Below are positions 1 through 9,053 of a stretch of DNA of 64,000 nucleotides, piece after piece (the stretch's first letter is position 1; every line of letters starts with the position of its first letter). A model generated the notes under the pieces. That model saw only the letters and a program-made list of their open reading frames with translations. It ran no database searches and was not told the DNA's origin. The translations under genes were made by a program, and so were the position numbers. Source of the DNA: a virus (Duplodnaviria; Heunggongvirae; Uroviricota; Caudoviricetes); IMG/VR virus record IMGVR_UViG_3300033405_000002, positions 179,595-243,594 of that record. One strand, written 5' to 3'.

Positions 1-68
1 CGGACGACAGCGAATCGCAGCGCCCACCGAACAATCCGAAAACCACTATCGCGGCGTATGGCAGGCTG

Positions 69-1034
69 TTGGCCCCAATGCTCACCACCGTGGCTTGGAA
101 CAACCTTCCAACCATCAACGTGCGTATCATCAACGGCATGGCGGACGGCTCCAACGCGACGTACACATACGTCCCTGTCACTCAGTTTTTGCATGAAGGT
201 GAAATCCTGACCATCACCGGATTTTCAAACGCGGAGTTGAACGTGACATCTCCGATCAAGAATGTCTTGAACATTGTCTCGAACATCAACGGCACACAGA
301 TTGTCAACAACCTGCTGTCTGTATCCACGCCAAATCAGTTTGTGCCGGGAATGCTGGTGACCTTTGCCGGGACAGCCGAGACATTCCTGAATGGTCAGAC
401 GGTGGTCGTGGAAACGGCGTCGCCGACAGGTTTCACCGCAACCTTTACGCACGCTAACTACAGCAACCCGAATGATACAGGGACGGCTGAAGTTAGCACG
501 TTCCAGATCACTTTGACGGCTACTATCGCGCTCCAGAGCATCAACACAAGTGCGTTTGTAACCCCGACACTTCAGTCAGGCTACTATCTCTCAAACAGCA
601 ACTATGTGCTGGGTCAAGCCCCGATTCAAACGAGCGGTGTTGGCATCGGCACCAGTTGGGTTCCGGGTGGAACGGTGTTCGTGGGTCAGATTATTGTGGA
701 CTCAAACGGAAACACGCAGCTTGCTATTGCTGGTGGGGTGTCACAAACTGGCTCCGCTCCGGTGTGGAACGAAACGGAGAACGGAACAACATCTGACGGC
801 AGCTTGGTCAAGTGGCGCAACGTTGGACTCAACACATTCAGCCAGCCAAAGCAATGGGTTGGCGTCTTGAACTTCGACGTTTTCCCAGCGCCGGGACAGC
901 CGCAGCCATTTACGGGCGAAGTGGGCAATTGGAATCCAACTGGGTCTTACGGTCTGGTTGCACCACGCCTCAATCAGGTTTGGGAAATCTCTGGCAGCCC
1001 ACAGGATCAAGACTTCATCTTCGGGTTATTCTAA
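69..1034 (+). CDS. hypothetical Thr/Ser/Asn/Gly-rich protein, possibly a virion fibre-like protein; the frame is open back to the window start, so the true start may lie upstream
   Basis: 321-aa ORF; composition typical of fibre or decoration proteins; no stop codon in frame between nt 3 and 69. Confidence 0.5.
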   Translation: MAPMLTTVAWNNLPTINVRIINGMADGSNATYTYVPVTQFLHEGEILTITGFSNAELNVTSPIKNVLNIVSNINGTQIVNNLLSVSTPNQFVPGMLVTFAGTAETFLNGQTVVVETASPTGFTATFTHANYSNPNDTGTAEVSTFQITLTATIALQSINTSAFVTPTLQSGYYLSNSNYVLGQAPIQTSGVGIGTSWVPGGTVFVGQIIVDSNGNTQLAIAGGVSQTGSAPVWNETENGTTSDGSLVKWRNVGLNTFSQPKQWVGVLNFDVFPAPGQPQPFTGEVGNWNPTGSYGLVAPRLNQVWEISGSPQDQDFIFGLF

Positions 1035-1037
1035 TAG

Positions 1038-3428
1038 ATGGATAACGCAACCAAAACCGCGTATGTTTCGCCCCCGAACGGGCAGCTTGACATCACAATC
1101 ATCAGGGATGCGAACCCGCGTGTGACTATTCTGATCGACCTTGGAATTCCCAATTTTACTGTGTTTTCTATGACCTTGCCACTCGCGGAAGGACAGCCGG
1201 GGGCTATGTCCCAGCTTATCGCTGAGGCGGTGCATGTGCTGCTCGACGAAGTGGCTTCGTTCATGATGAGCATGGAGTTTGACGAGAAAGTTATCGTCAA
1301 TATTTACGCTACAGTGCTCGCCACATTCAAGAGCATGAGCACGGAGTCTGACTCAGCCAAAGAGCAGGATGTGTCCGGTCAAGACCCAACAGTCGCTACC
1401 TACGAAGGCACGTTTGAGATTCCGATGGACTTCATCAACGAGACTCAGAAGCGTGTTGTGACCGCCGCTGAGATTACCGAGAAAGAGGCCGAGAGACTCA
1501 TCCGCATGGCTCGTAAGCTGAACGATGATCCAAAGCGCACTGAGCTTTACGAGAAGGCGAAGAGTAGCTGGAGCCGAGAAGAATCCAAAACAGCGCACGA
1601 CTATCAGTGGGCCCCGATTAAGCGTATCTGGGATGCACTTGCAGAATACGTTTCAATCGAACAACCTTTGGGGTTTGACAAAGACGTAGACCAGTTCATC
1701 CGCGAGAAGCTTCAGCACATCGACAAGAGTATGCGTCAAGTGGAGAAAGTGATCTCAACTGGCTCTGATGAATTCTATCCCATGGCGATTGCCATAGAAT
1801 CAACGATCATAAGCGACATGCTTTGGGTAGCCAGAGCGCTTCACTCGCAGGCACACGTGCGCGAGCAATTGGGTGAGAACGCGTGGCGCACCATGCGGCA
1901 GGCTGACTATGAGCTAAAGGACGCGGAGAAAGCTTTGAAGCAAGCTGTCAGGCTGGGTAATGACCCTAAGCGCAGCGAGATTGTTGGAAAAGCCCGCGAG
2001 ACAAAGAGCGAAAAAGATATAAAGGCGGCGCACGAGTACCAGTATCCGCTCATGCAAAAGTTGTACAACACTCTTCTCGATCTTGTGGGCCGTGAACAAG
2101 AGATTGAGTTCGGCGGTGTCGGCAGCGATGAAAAGCAGTACGATTTCATCATTCGTGGCAAGATGAAGTGGTTGGCGTCTGCCTTTGACGACATTGATGA
2201 CATGGTGCAGGGCAAGTTCGTCGCGTTGAAACCATCGGAATATTACAGTGAATACCTGATGTCCACGGAAGAAAACATGCTGAACGAATTGAGCAATGTT
2301 GCTAATGCTCTGAGAGTTCAAGCCCTTCCCACACCTAGTTGGCAGCGAGTTGAAGCCGCGACCAAAATTCAGCGAACTCCCAAGGTCCGTCACGTTGAAC
2401 TGACGTACTCCCCGAAAGAAAAGACTAAACCGAGTGACACCGCACGCGTGATTCGCATGTATCGCAACCGCACGCTGAAGCAACAACCTCGCCCGATGTT
2501 CGTTGTCGTGTACGATCAGGCGGGCCGTCCCGCTGGCGCGGTTCAGGTTGGCCCCGGCAAGAATTTCAAGAATGAACTGTTGCGTCAAATGAAGAAAAAG
2601 GGCAGCATTGATTTTACCGAGCCTGTCAGCTTCGTGAATGAGCAAGAGATGAAGTCGAATCAGCTAAACGGTATCCCGCGTGCCATCAGCGTCGGCGGCA
2701 TGACGTACCAGCCGGAGGCGATGAGTGGCGTGGACATGGCTCTGTACCACGGCCCACAGGACTACATCGTGAAGTTCCCCGATGGTCGCTCAGCTATTTT
2801 CCCCGGACGCCCGACGTTCAGCAAGATGCGCGTGCTCAATTTCCCTGTTCCTCGCAATCGTTTCCGTTGGACGACGATCCCGGAAGATGCTCTCGCAGAG
2901 CCGAAGGACAAGCCGCAAGAGGTCAAGGAAGCCGGGGATGATGATGCTCCACGCAGCGCTGAGCAAGTTAAAAACGATGAAGCACGCAGCATGACCATGC
3001 CCCCTGACGATCACTACAAGCCAAAAGACACGGTTCGCCCGGACATGGTGCATCATCGCAGTGGTGGTGAGAATAAGTTTCGCGGTGTAGAGCAGATTTG
3101 GCTCAAGCCGACGCGCACTTACGACGATCTTGTCCCATTGGATCAATTGAAGAAGCGTCTCGAACGTGACAAACTCAGCGGTCGGCAGATTTTCAGCGGC
3201 TTGATGCTGATCGACAGAATTGGATACTACGGCACCTTCGAGGGCAAGAACGTGCTCGTTATCCCGCAGTATTACATCCGGCGCTACGGTGTGAAGAAGG
3301 ACGATGGCACTTGGCAGGTTTATCACTTGCGGTCTGACGGCCGTGCGCAGAAGATTGGTTTCCGCACGATTACGGACAACGATTTCACCGAAGCAAAGCC
3401 AGCGGAGAGTATTGAACAGCATGGCTGA
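1038..3428 (+). CDS. hypothetical 796-aa protein with an internal duplicated ~50-aa segment
   Basis: long ORF; repeats 'NDDPKRTELYEKAKSSWSREESKTAHDYQW' and 'GNDPKRSEIVGKARETKSEKDIKAAHEYQY'; TAA-TAG-ATG junction with the upstream gene. Confidence 0.6.
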   Translation: MDNATKTAYVSPPNGQLDITIIRDANPRVTILIDLGIPNFTVFSMTLPLAEGQPGAMSQLIAEAVHVLLDEVASFMMSMEFDEKVIVNIYATVLATFKSMSTESDSAKEQDVSGQDPTVATYEGTFEIPMDFINETQKRVVTAAEITEKEAERLIRMARKLNDDPKRTELYEKAKSSWSREESKTAHDYQWAPIKRIWDALAEYVSIEQPLGFDKDVDQFIREKLQHIDKSMRQVEKVISTGSDEFYPMAIAIESTIISDMLWVARALHSQAHVREQLGENAWRTMRQADYELKDAEKALKQAVRLGNDPKRSEIVGKARETKSEKDIKAAHEYQYPLMQKLYNTLLDLVGREQEIEFGGVGSDEKQYDFIIRGKMKWLASAFDDIDDMVQGKFVALKPSEYYSEYLMSTEENMLNELSNVANALRVQALPTPSWQRVEAATKIQRTPKVRHVELTYSPKEKTKPSDTARVIRMYRNRTLKQQPRPMFVVVYDQAGRPAGAVQVGPGKNFKNELLRQMKKKGSIDFTEPVSFVNEQEMKSNQLNGIPRAISVGGMTYQPEAMSGVDMALYHGPQDYIVKFPDGRSAIFPGRPTFSKMRVLNFPVPRNRFRWTTIPEDALAEPKDKPQEVKEAGDDDAPRSAEQVKNDEARSMTMPPDDHYKPKDTVRPDMVHHRSGGENKFRGVEQIWLKPTRTYDDLVPLDQLKKRLERDKLSGRQIFSGLMLIDRIGYYGTFEGKNVLVIPQYYIRRYGVKKDDGTWQVYHLRSDGRAQKIGFRTITDNDFTEAKPAESIEQHG

Positions 3429-3645
3429 TTTACAGGAAGTTCTCGATCACATCAAGGCACACCCTGATGAGCACAGGCACTCGTATGCTGAATTGCTGGT
3501 CTGTTGTTCGCAGACGGAGAACGGCAAGGTAGTCCTTTACAACACGCTTCTCGAAGCGCACAAGGGTCTGCTAGGAGCAAACGGCGGCGTTCTGTGCGAT
3601 GTTGTTGAAGGCGCTTGCTCTTGTGGCGCTTGGCACGGAATTTGA
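3421..3645 (+). CDS. small hypothetical protein
   Basis: ATG at 3421 overlaps the upstream stop (ATGGCTGA); 74 aa. Confidence 0.4.
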   Translation: MADLQEVLDHIKAHPDEHRHSYAELLVCCSQTENGKVVLYNTLLEAHKGLLGANGGVLCDVVEGACSCGAWHGI

Positions 3646-3692
3646 CACAAAAACACAGGTTTTAGGCTACGAGTTTAGGGATAGAGGCTATT

Positions 3693-4361
3693 ATGGCAGA
3701 AATTAAGAAAATCGACCTTGGTTCGGATATGCTTGATCGGCAGACGTATCCCGCCCACATCAACATCCGTGTCCTTCGGTCGGACAACGGCGAAGTTTTA
3801 TGGCAGGGTCACAACGTCATCGTGAACGTTGTGAAGTGGCTTTTCGCCCGCCTGATGGCGAACACGCTTCCGAGCGCTCCGAATCCGCCCTACACCCTTG
3901 GTCAGGCTGGCGTATCCGCTGACCCGCTCTACGGTATCTGGGGTTTGGCGCTAGGTGCAGGCTCCCCAAGTTGGGCCCCCGAAACACAGCCGGACGCATC
4001 GCCTCTTCAAACCGCGCTCATTTCTGAGTTCCTTCGGCAACCAGTGTCGCGTATCAACTACGTGGATGCAAACTTCAACCCCTTGGCTACATTCAGCACA
4101 ATGGTGGACTTCCAGACTACAGTCAACGCCACAACCGATAACATCACGCAGGCCATCCGCGAAATGGGATTGATCGGCGGCGGGACACTCGTAGGCGCTG
4201 GCAACCAACCGACGAACATGCTTACCGCACCATACTTTAACCCGAATGCAACGCCTCCGGGTCCGGCAGATAGCGTGGTGCTCATCAATTACAAGACGCT
4301 CCCGCCGCTCATTCTGCCTGCTGGCGTGGACATCATTTTCAGTTGGATATTGAGCTTCTAA
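3693..4361 (+). CDS. hypothetical protein (possibly structural)
   Basis: 222-aa ORF with an AGAGG RBS. Confidence 0.55.
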   Translation: MAEIKKIDLGSDMLDRQTYPAHINIRVLRSDNGEVLWQGHNVIVNVVKWLFARLMANTLPSAPNPPYTLGQAGVSADPLYGIWGLALGAGSPSWAPETQPDASPLQTALISEFLRQPVSRINYVDANFNPLATFSTMVDFQTTVNATTDNITQAIREMGLIGGGTLVGAGNQPTNMLTAPYFNPNATPPGPADSVVLINYKTLPPLILPAGVDIIFSWILSF

Positions 4362-4362
4362 T

Positions 4363-4650
4363 ATGGCTTCACATTGGGTCTGGGCTGGTCTCGGAGCATT
4401 GGCGATCTGGCCCATTAAGCACATCTGGGAAAATTGGATCGAGAAGTTCTGGACAGCCTTCTGGATCAGCTTCAAAACAGGATTCAAGCAGACGCCAGAG
4501 GGAAAACAGTTCTTGGACGCCTACCACAAGGCCCGCGCTGAAAAGGATGCGCAAATCGCAGCGCAACACCCCGAACTTACAGACATGTTACACTGTAAGA
4601 AATGCGGCGGCAAAGGTTGTGATGATTGCGGCGGCACCGGGTGGGAATGA
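4363..4650 (+). CDS. membrane protein with a C-terminal DnaJ-type CxxCxGxG zinc-finger motif
   Basis: N-terminal hydrophobic helix; C-terminus 'CKKCGGKGCDDCGGTGW'. Confidence 0.5.
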   Translation: MASHWVWAGLGALAIWPIKHIWENWIEKFWTAFWISFKTGFKQTPEGKQFLDAYHKARAEKDAQIAAQHPELTDMLHCKKCGGKGCDDCGGTGWE

Positions 4651-4928
4651 TGAAATTTCAAACGTTGCGGTTAGTCTACAAAAACATGGTCGTGGGCCGT
4701 TCGATGCTGGGGCTATGTGGATTGCTGTTCATGACAGGGTTCTGCACTTTTGACGTGTACTTTGGTGCGCTGAAGTTCGGACATGGCACAGCGGTGGTCA
4801 TGGCAATATTTTCCCTTATCATGTGGCTGGTGATGTTGCCGATGGTTTTTACCATGGTCGACATCAAGCACAGCCCAAAGCGTCTTGAGAAAATCTGGGT
4901 GGAGATGCAACAAAATGGGAAAGTTTGA
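4647..4928 (+). CDS. small membrane protein
   Basis: ATGA overlap with the upstream stop; three predicted TM helices. Confidence 0.5.
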   Translation: MMKFQTLRLVYKNMVVGRSMLGLCGLLFMTGFCTFDVYFGALKFGHGTAVVMAIFSLIMWLVMLPMVFTMVDIKHSPKRLEKIWVEMQQNGKV

Positions 4929-5178
4929 CGACATGGACGCCGAAGATATGTTCGGCGATCCCGACCCGGATTGGGAACCGTCTCCTGAAGAAATTCGTGA
5001 GATTGAAGCCGCCATGCAAGATATGGATGAAGGCTTTGGCTACGAAATGCTCCGTGACGAGAACGATGAACTCACGTGGACTTTCAAATGCCTTAAGTGT
5101 GGGCGAACGGCGGAATTGCACGAGCGACCTTTCCCGCACAGGTATGACTGCGAGATGAGACGCAGATATGGAGACTAA
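4915..5178 (+). CDS. acidic small protein with a CxxC zinc-ribbon
   Basis: ATG at 4915 overlaps the upstream gene; 'CLKCGR...' motif. Confidence 0.45.
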   Translation: MGKFDDMDAEDMFGDPDPDWEPSPEEIREIEAAMQDMDEGFGYEMLRDENDELTWTFKCLKCGRTAELHERPFPHRYDCEMRRRYGD

Positions 5179-5756
5179 TGGCAACACCCGAAAATATCTT
5201 CGCGTTGCAACTTGGCGAACCCCAGCCGCAACAGGTGATCCCTGTCACAGGCGTGCCGTGGGATAGTGGGCTGCGTGCCATACTCTCGGTTCAAACCATC
5301 GTAGCGAAACTTCAAACTACAGTTCTGTTCGGCAACTCCCTTTACATGATTTCCTACGACGTCGGGCAATTTTCGCGGGCCGATGGCTACAAATATTTCT
5401 TGCAAAAATACTTCGGTAAGGAACTGACAGGCGTACAACTTTCTGCGCCGCCGTTCGCCGCAACGCCTTACCTCTACATCATGACGGGACTTCCCGTCCC
5501 ACCACCGCCCACACCGATTGCCACGGGCACGGTCAAGATTCTTAACGCTGGCTTTGATCCTTTCCGGGGTTACTGGATCGAGTTCCACGGCAATTACTAT
5601 TTGCACTTTCCGCTGTTCAAAAACTGGCCCGATGTGATCCGCGACACGCCGAACTATAAAGGCTACCAGCCGAACACAAGCGGTGGTCAGGGCGGCGGTC
5701 CCGGTTCCGGGGGCAACAATGGTGGACCTTCAGGCGGCTCCGGCATCTGCATGTGA
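5178..5756 (+). CDS. hypothetical protein with a Gly-rich C-terminus
   Basis: 192-aa ORF; GGQGGGPGSGGNNGG tail. Confidence 0.55.
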   Translation: MATPENIFALQLGEPQPQQVIPVTGVPWDSGLRAILSVQTIVAKLQTTVLFGNSLYMISYDVGQFSRADGYKYFLQKYFGKELTGVQLSAPPFAATPYLYIMTGLPVPPPPTPIATGTVKILNAGFDPFRGYWIEFHGNYYLHFPLFKNWPDVIRDTPNYKGYQPNTSGGQGGGPGSGGNNGGPSGGSGICM

Positions 5757-5768
5757 TACAATGCTGGA

Positions 5769-6014
5769 ATGAGTCTTCCAGACGATCTGTTGCAAGCCTA
5801 CACGACATTCACCTTCTTAGCGATGAAGCACGGCTACTCTTACGCCGGGATGATGGTTGGCAAAGAGCCGCCTTCAATTACCTGCATTGGCAATGTCACC
5901 GAGCGCGGTCATGACTTCGCCAAACTCCTGCGCATGTACGCCGACGTCGTGGACGAGCGCACGGATGCCGGGATGTTCCAAGAAGAGTCTGCAAACCCCA
6001 GTAAAGTCAACTAA
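5769..6014 (+). CDS. hypothetical protein
   Basis: 81-aa ORF. Confidence 0.45.
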   Translation: MSLPDDLLQAYTTFTFLAMKHGYSYAGMMVGKEPPSITCIGNVTERGHDFAKLLRMYADVVDERTDAGMFQEESANPSKVN

Positions 6015-6030
6015 ACAAAGCACTTAAACC

Positions 6031-6060
6031 TAGCCAAAACCGTCGTTTCAGCGGTATACT
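6031..6060 (+). promoter_or_regulatory. sigma70-type promoter, subtype TAGCCA-N18-TATACT
   Basis: ctAGCCAAAAccgtcgtttcagcggTATACT; near-identical to the minus-strand copy at 54869-54897. Confidence 0.5.
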
Positions 6061-6067
6061 TGAATTG

Positions 6068-6229
6068 ATGGACACCGTAGGCAAGGTATTCCAAGCCGAA
6101 CAGGGAAAACGGCGCTGCAAGGTCTGCGAAGGGCTGTTCACTCGTGACGAAGCCGCCGCCCATGCCGCCGTTCCCTGTCAACCGCAGGAAGCCGCTCAAG
6201 CGGCTGTAGCCGGAGGGTCTCAATGTTGA
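6068..6229 (+). CDS. small Cys-containing ORF (53 aa) downstream of the promoter
   Basis: ATG 6068; CKVCEG motif; below the ORF-track size cut-off. Confidence 0.3.
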   Translation: MDTVGKVFQAEQGKRRCKVCEGLFTRDEAAAHAAVPCQPQEAAQAAVAGGSQC

Positions 6230-6387
6230 AGAGCAACAAAGAAAAGCACGTTACTGGTCAGTCAATCCTGATTGGAGCCATTGCGTTCTTGAACGCCCGG
6301 ACGATTGATTTTGACAACCCGCTGCGCCCCGCTGCAATGGACGCCATCGACATCCTGTTCGAGACTTTAGGCAAGTTTCCCGCTTAA
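6223..6387 (+). CDS. small ORF (54 aa)
   Basis: ATGTTGA overlap with the upstream stop. Confidence 0.25.
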   Translation: MLKSNKEKHVTGQSILIGAIAFLNARTIDFDNPLRPAAMDAIDILFETLGKFPA

Positions 6388-6405
6388 AATCCTGCTTTCT
6401 GACCC

Positions 6406-7905
6406 ATGAGTGAGGCTTCATTCATGGCGAATCTCCTGAAAAAGACAGCAGTTGGACTGACCAATGAAGGTCAGCCGGACTCCGTTTGCCCCAAGTGCCA
6501 TCAGCCCATCGCCGAAGGTCAGATGGTGAACTATCCCGGTGGAAAAGAAACGCACGTGCAGTGTCCGCCAGCGCAACAGCAGCAACCGGGACAAACTCCC
6601 GGCTGGCAGTCTCGCCTAAACCTGCCCCCCGGCTTCAAGCAAAAGCAACAACAGCCCCAGCAAATTTCCCCGAACGCCGGACGCCCAATCGCAAGTATGA
6701 GAACTGAAAAGAAGCTCGCCGGACAGCCGCCGCGATTCAGCTTTGCCGTTCCCATGGAAGCCGCAGGGAAAGTCGCATACTATCTTGCCAAAGCGGGGAT
6801 GAGAGATTTTGAAGTAATCAATTTTGAAGAGGATGCCGTCTCAGTCTTCGCTTTTACCAAAGAGCCGGAGCTTCACGTAGCGGAAGAGATCATCCGCGCT
6901 GAGTTCGCGCCACAGATCGCCGCCGAAAAAGGAATGTGGGCATCATGGACTGAGCATCCGAAAGACCCATCTCGTGTGGAGCCGACCCACGAGCAAGTAC
7001 CACAGCACATGATGAGCAGTGATAAGACCGCCGAAGACCCAAACAGCTACTTGCGCGGAAAACGTGTCACAGGGCCGCAAGCTGTTCCGTCTCGTTACGA
7101 AGCTGCCGTGCAGAAAGCACTCGCAGGTCTGGACGCATTGTCCGAGATCGGCCCTAGCGAAGACATCAAAGGTTGCGCCGCGATGAGCGCTGCTGATCTA
7201 CGTCAGTTTGTTGAAGACCACGCACAGGGACGCGCACGGAAGTTCAGCGCCGGAGAGAAGATCGCCGGACAATGGGGCGAGCGTTCTTATGATGGCGATA
7301 CGGTGCATGATCTTCTGGATGCACACCGCCCGGACAAATCCCAAGGCTTTGATTCTCCCGTCCCCGAAGAAGAAATTGAACCTTTGCTCCGCGAGCTTGA
7401 TAAGGGCCCTGTTTCGGGATCGGACGACAACCAGCACTACCTTGGTGTCATCTATTTCCTCGTGACGCACGGTTCCACCGTGCCGCCTGTCTATCGCGAG
7501 CGAGCGCGTCAGATTGCGGAAGCGATGCTCTCGGATGAAGAATATTTGAATTCGTGGAAAAACCCGAAGGAACGCGCAGCCGAACTGGAGAAAGAGATTG
7601 ACATCCTCTCTGGCGGGAAGACGGCCGGAATTCACCCGGAAGCTGATCTTCCGCTTATCACGCAAGGCGCACCAGTACAGAGTAAGGGTATGACTGATGA
7701 AGAAGTGGCGAAGATGCGCAAGTATCGCCGCAAGAAGCTGCTCGCGTGGATTGACGAGCTTGGTCTTGACCTCAGCGAAGAGTTGAAGAAGTTCGATGAA
7801 GGCGATTTCTGGGCGGCGGACGAAGCGTATGAGTCAGTCCGTGATATGGTCAATGAAGACCGTAAGTTCCAGACTCAATATCGCCGCTCGATGCGAGGGC
7901 GTTGA
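6406..7905 (+). CDS. hypothetical 499-aa protein with an N-terminal CPKC...CPP motif and a Gln/Pro-rich linker
   Basis: long ORF. Confidence 0.6.
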   Translation: MSEASFMANLLKKTAVGLTNEGQPDSVCPKCHQPIAEGQMVNYPGGKETHVQCPPAQQQQPGQTPGWQSRLNLPPGFKQKQQQPQQISPNAGRPIASMRTEKKLAGQPPRFSFAVPMEAAGKVAYYLAKAGMRDFEVINFEEDAVSVFAFTKEPELHVAEEIIRAEFAPQIAAEKGMWASWTEHPKDPSRVEPTHEQVPQHMMSSDKTAEDPNSYLRGKRVTGPQAVPSRYEAAVQKALAGLDALSEIGPSEDIKGCAAMSAADLRQFVEDHAQGRARKFSAGEKIAGQWGERSYDGDTVHDLLDAHRPDKSQGFDSPVPEEEIEPLLRELDKGPVSGSDDNQHYLGVIYFLVTHGSTVPPVYRERARQIAEAMLSDEEYLNSWKNPKERAAELEKEIDILSGGKTAGIHPEADLPLITQGAPVQSKGMTDEEVAKMRKYRRKKLLAWIDELGLDLSEELKKFDEGDFWAADEAYESVRDMVNEDRKFQTQYRRSMRGR

Positions 7906-7911
7906 AATAAC

Positions 7912-7941
7912 TGGACGAAAAGTCCAACTTCTCAGTATAAT
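7912..7941 (+). promoter_or_regulatory. sigma70-type promoter TGGACG-N18-TATAAT upstream of the tmRNA
   Basis: cTGGACGaaaagtccaacttctcagTATAAT; a member of the repeated promoter family. Confidence 0.55.
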
Positions 7942-7984
7942 GTAGAAGAAGATTGATGGTCGTGCGTTTTACAGAAGACCGTAA

Positions 7985-8248
7985 GACAATAGGCACCAGA
8001 CACGTTATCGGACGCGGGTTCGACTCCCGCCGCCTCCACCATAAAGATTTGGTGGTACTCCCACAGCAGGGCTTATGGGGGCGTCACGGCTTCGACGGTG
8101 AATGATGCGAGGATAGCGCCAACGACCCGATGATCGGTTCCCAGCGTTAATAGGGGGCAAAAAACAGTAAACGCCAACGCTCCAAAGGCAATGGCTGCTC
8201 ATGCTTAATGAGCCTGACCCGGTGGGTCAGTTCCTCAACACCACAAAA
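7985..8248 (+). ncRNA. ssrA: tmRNA (ssrA), circularly permuted two-piece type. The acceptor piece ends with ...GGACGCGGGTTCGACTCCCGCCGCCTCCACCA at 8041. The coding piece starts with GGGGGCG at 8077
   Basis: 3' T-arm and acceptor nearly identical to E. coli ssrA; coding-piece 5' GGGGGCGTCACGGCTTCGACGG resembles the tmRNA 5' end; the 5' strand GGGGGCG pairs with the 3' strand CGCCTCC and gives a G3:U70 pair; candidate tag ORF GCC AAC GCT CCA AAG GCA ATG GCT GCT CAT GCT TAA TGA at 8173-8211; helix-5-like hairpin follows. Confidence 0.75.
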
Positions 8249-8250
8249 GA

Positions 8251-8273
8251 ACCCGCGCAAGCGGGCTTTTTTG
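8251..8273 (+). terminator. rho-independent terminator after the tmRNA
   Basis: CCCGCGCAAGCGGGC hairpin followed by a T6 run. Confidence 0.7.
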
Positions 8274-8292
8274 TTTGTGGTAGAATCCTGTT

Positions 8293-8490
8293 ATGAACAC
8301 CACACTTGGTCCTTGGCTGCGCGGCGATTATCTCGACGCGGGCATTCTCGCGCTTCTCATCATCTGGTTTACTCTTGACCGTCTCAATTGCTATTTCTTC
8401 GATCTGTGGCAGGTGTTCCGCCGCTGGCTTTACATCCTAAACATTTTCACTTCGCGCCCGTGGGACGAGAATGGCAGGAGACCGCTGTAG
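8293..8490 (+). CDS. small hydrophobic protein
   Basis: 65-aa ORF; ends with TAG, which overlaps the GTG of the next gene. Confidence 0.4.
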   Translation: MNTTLGPWLRGDYLDAGILALLIIWFTLDRLNCYFFDLWQVFRRWLYILNIFTSRPWDENGRRPL

Positions 8491-8837
8491 TGGGACTCAT
8501 CAAGCTTTTCAGTGACGGCAAGTACGAACCGCCGAACCCTAATCCGAAGAACTTCAAGCTCATCCACGCGCAGTGCGCAGAAGACAAGCGGACAATCTGG
8601 GTGTGCGAAGTTTACTATCCGGGATGCACCACACTGGATGGCAGGAAAATTCTCGTCTACGAGTGCGAATTTGACGCCTTTCTCGCTTTCCTGCGCGGCA
8701 AAGAGATGGACCCGCACTTCCTTGACCCGTGGGATAAGCGACTGGGCCCGATTGCCAGATTTCCGGCGACCGAAGAAGGCATTGATGACGCGCTTCATTT
8801 CGCTGACTGGAAGAGCAGGCAGGATCGAGTATTATAG
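8490..8837 (+). CDS. hypothetical protein (GTG start)
   Basis: GTG at 8490 overlaps the upstream TAG; ends with TAG; in frame with the next gene and separated from it by one codon. Confidence 0.45.
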   Translation: MGLIKLFSDGKYEPPNPNPKNFKLIHAQCAEDKRTIWVCEVYYPGCTTLDGRKILVYECEFDAFLAFLRGKEMDPHFLDPWDKRLGPIARFPATEEGIDDALHFADWKSRQDRVL

Positions 8838-8840
8838 GCT

Positions 8841-9053
8841 ATGAACAAAGAAATTGTGCGCGAAGAAGTGGTCAAGGCGCAGTACGAATACTATTCGAAC
8901 GCCGCGAGTCTTTGGAAGAATGACTTGGAAGCTGCCTTGGAGCGCGGGGATAAAGCAGCGGCTTGCTACTATTTCAGCACGTACATCAAACTCAAGGCGC
9001 TCGTCCGTGAGATCGAAACATACGCACAGCCTTATGCAATCGAGGTCTGGTGA
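8841..9053 (+). CDS. hypothetical protein
   Basis: 70-aa ORF. Confidence 0.5.
   Translation: MNKEIVREEVVKAQYEYYSNAASLWKNDLEAALERGDKAAACYYFSTYIKLKALVREIETYAQPYAIEVW

Noticed and set aside
8118-8153. Alternative tmRNA tag frame GCC AAC GAC CCG AUG AUC GGU UCC CAG CGU UAA UAG (ANDPMIGSQR)
   Set aside because: It starts only about 42 nt from the coding-piece 5' end, which leaves no room for helix 2 and pseudoknot 1. The frame at 8173-8211 sits at the canonical distance of about 97 nt and is followed by a helix-5-like hairpin.
8005-8202. 65-aa minus-strand ORF
   Set aside because: Lies entirely inside the tmRNA gene and has an Arg/Gly/Pro-rich junk composition.
8512-8844. 110-aa + strand ORF
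   Set aside because: An alternative frame of the 8490-8837 gene with an Arg/Ser/Thr-rich composition.
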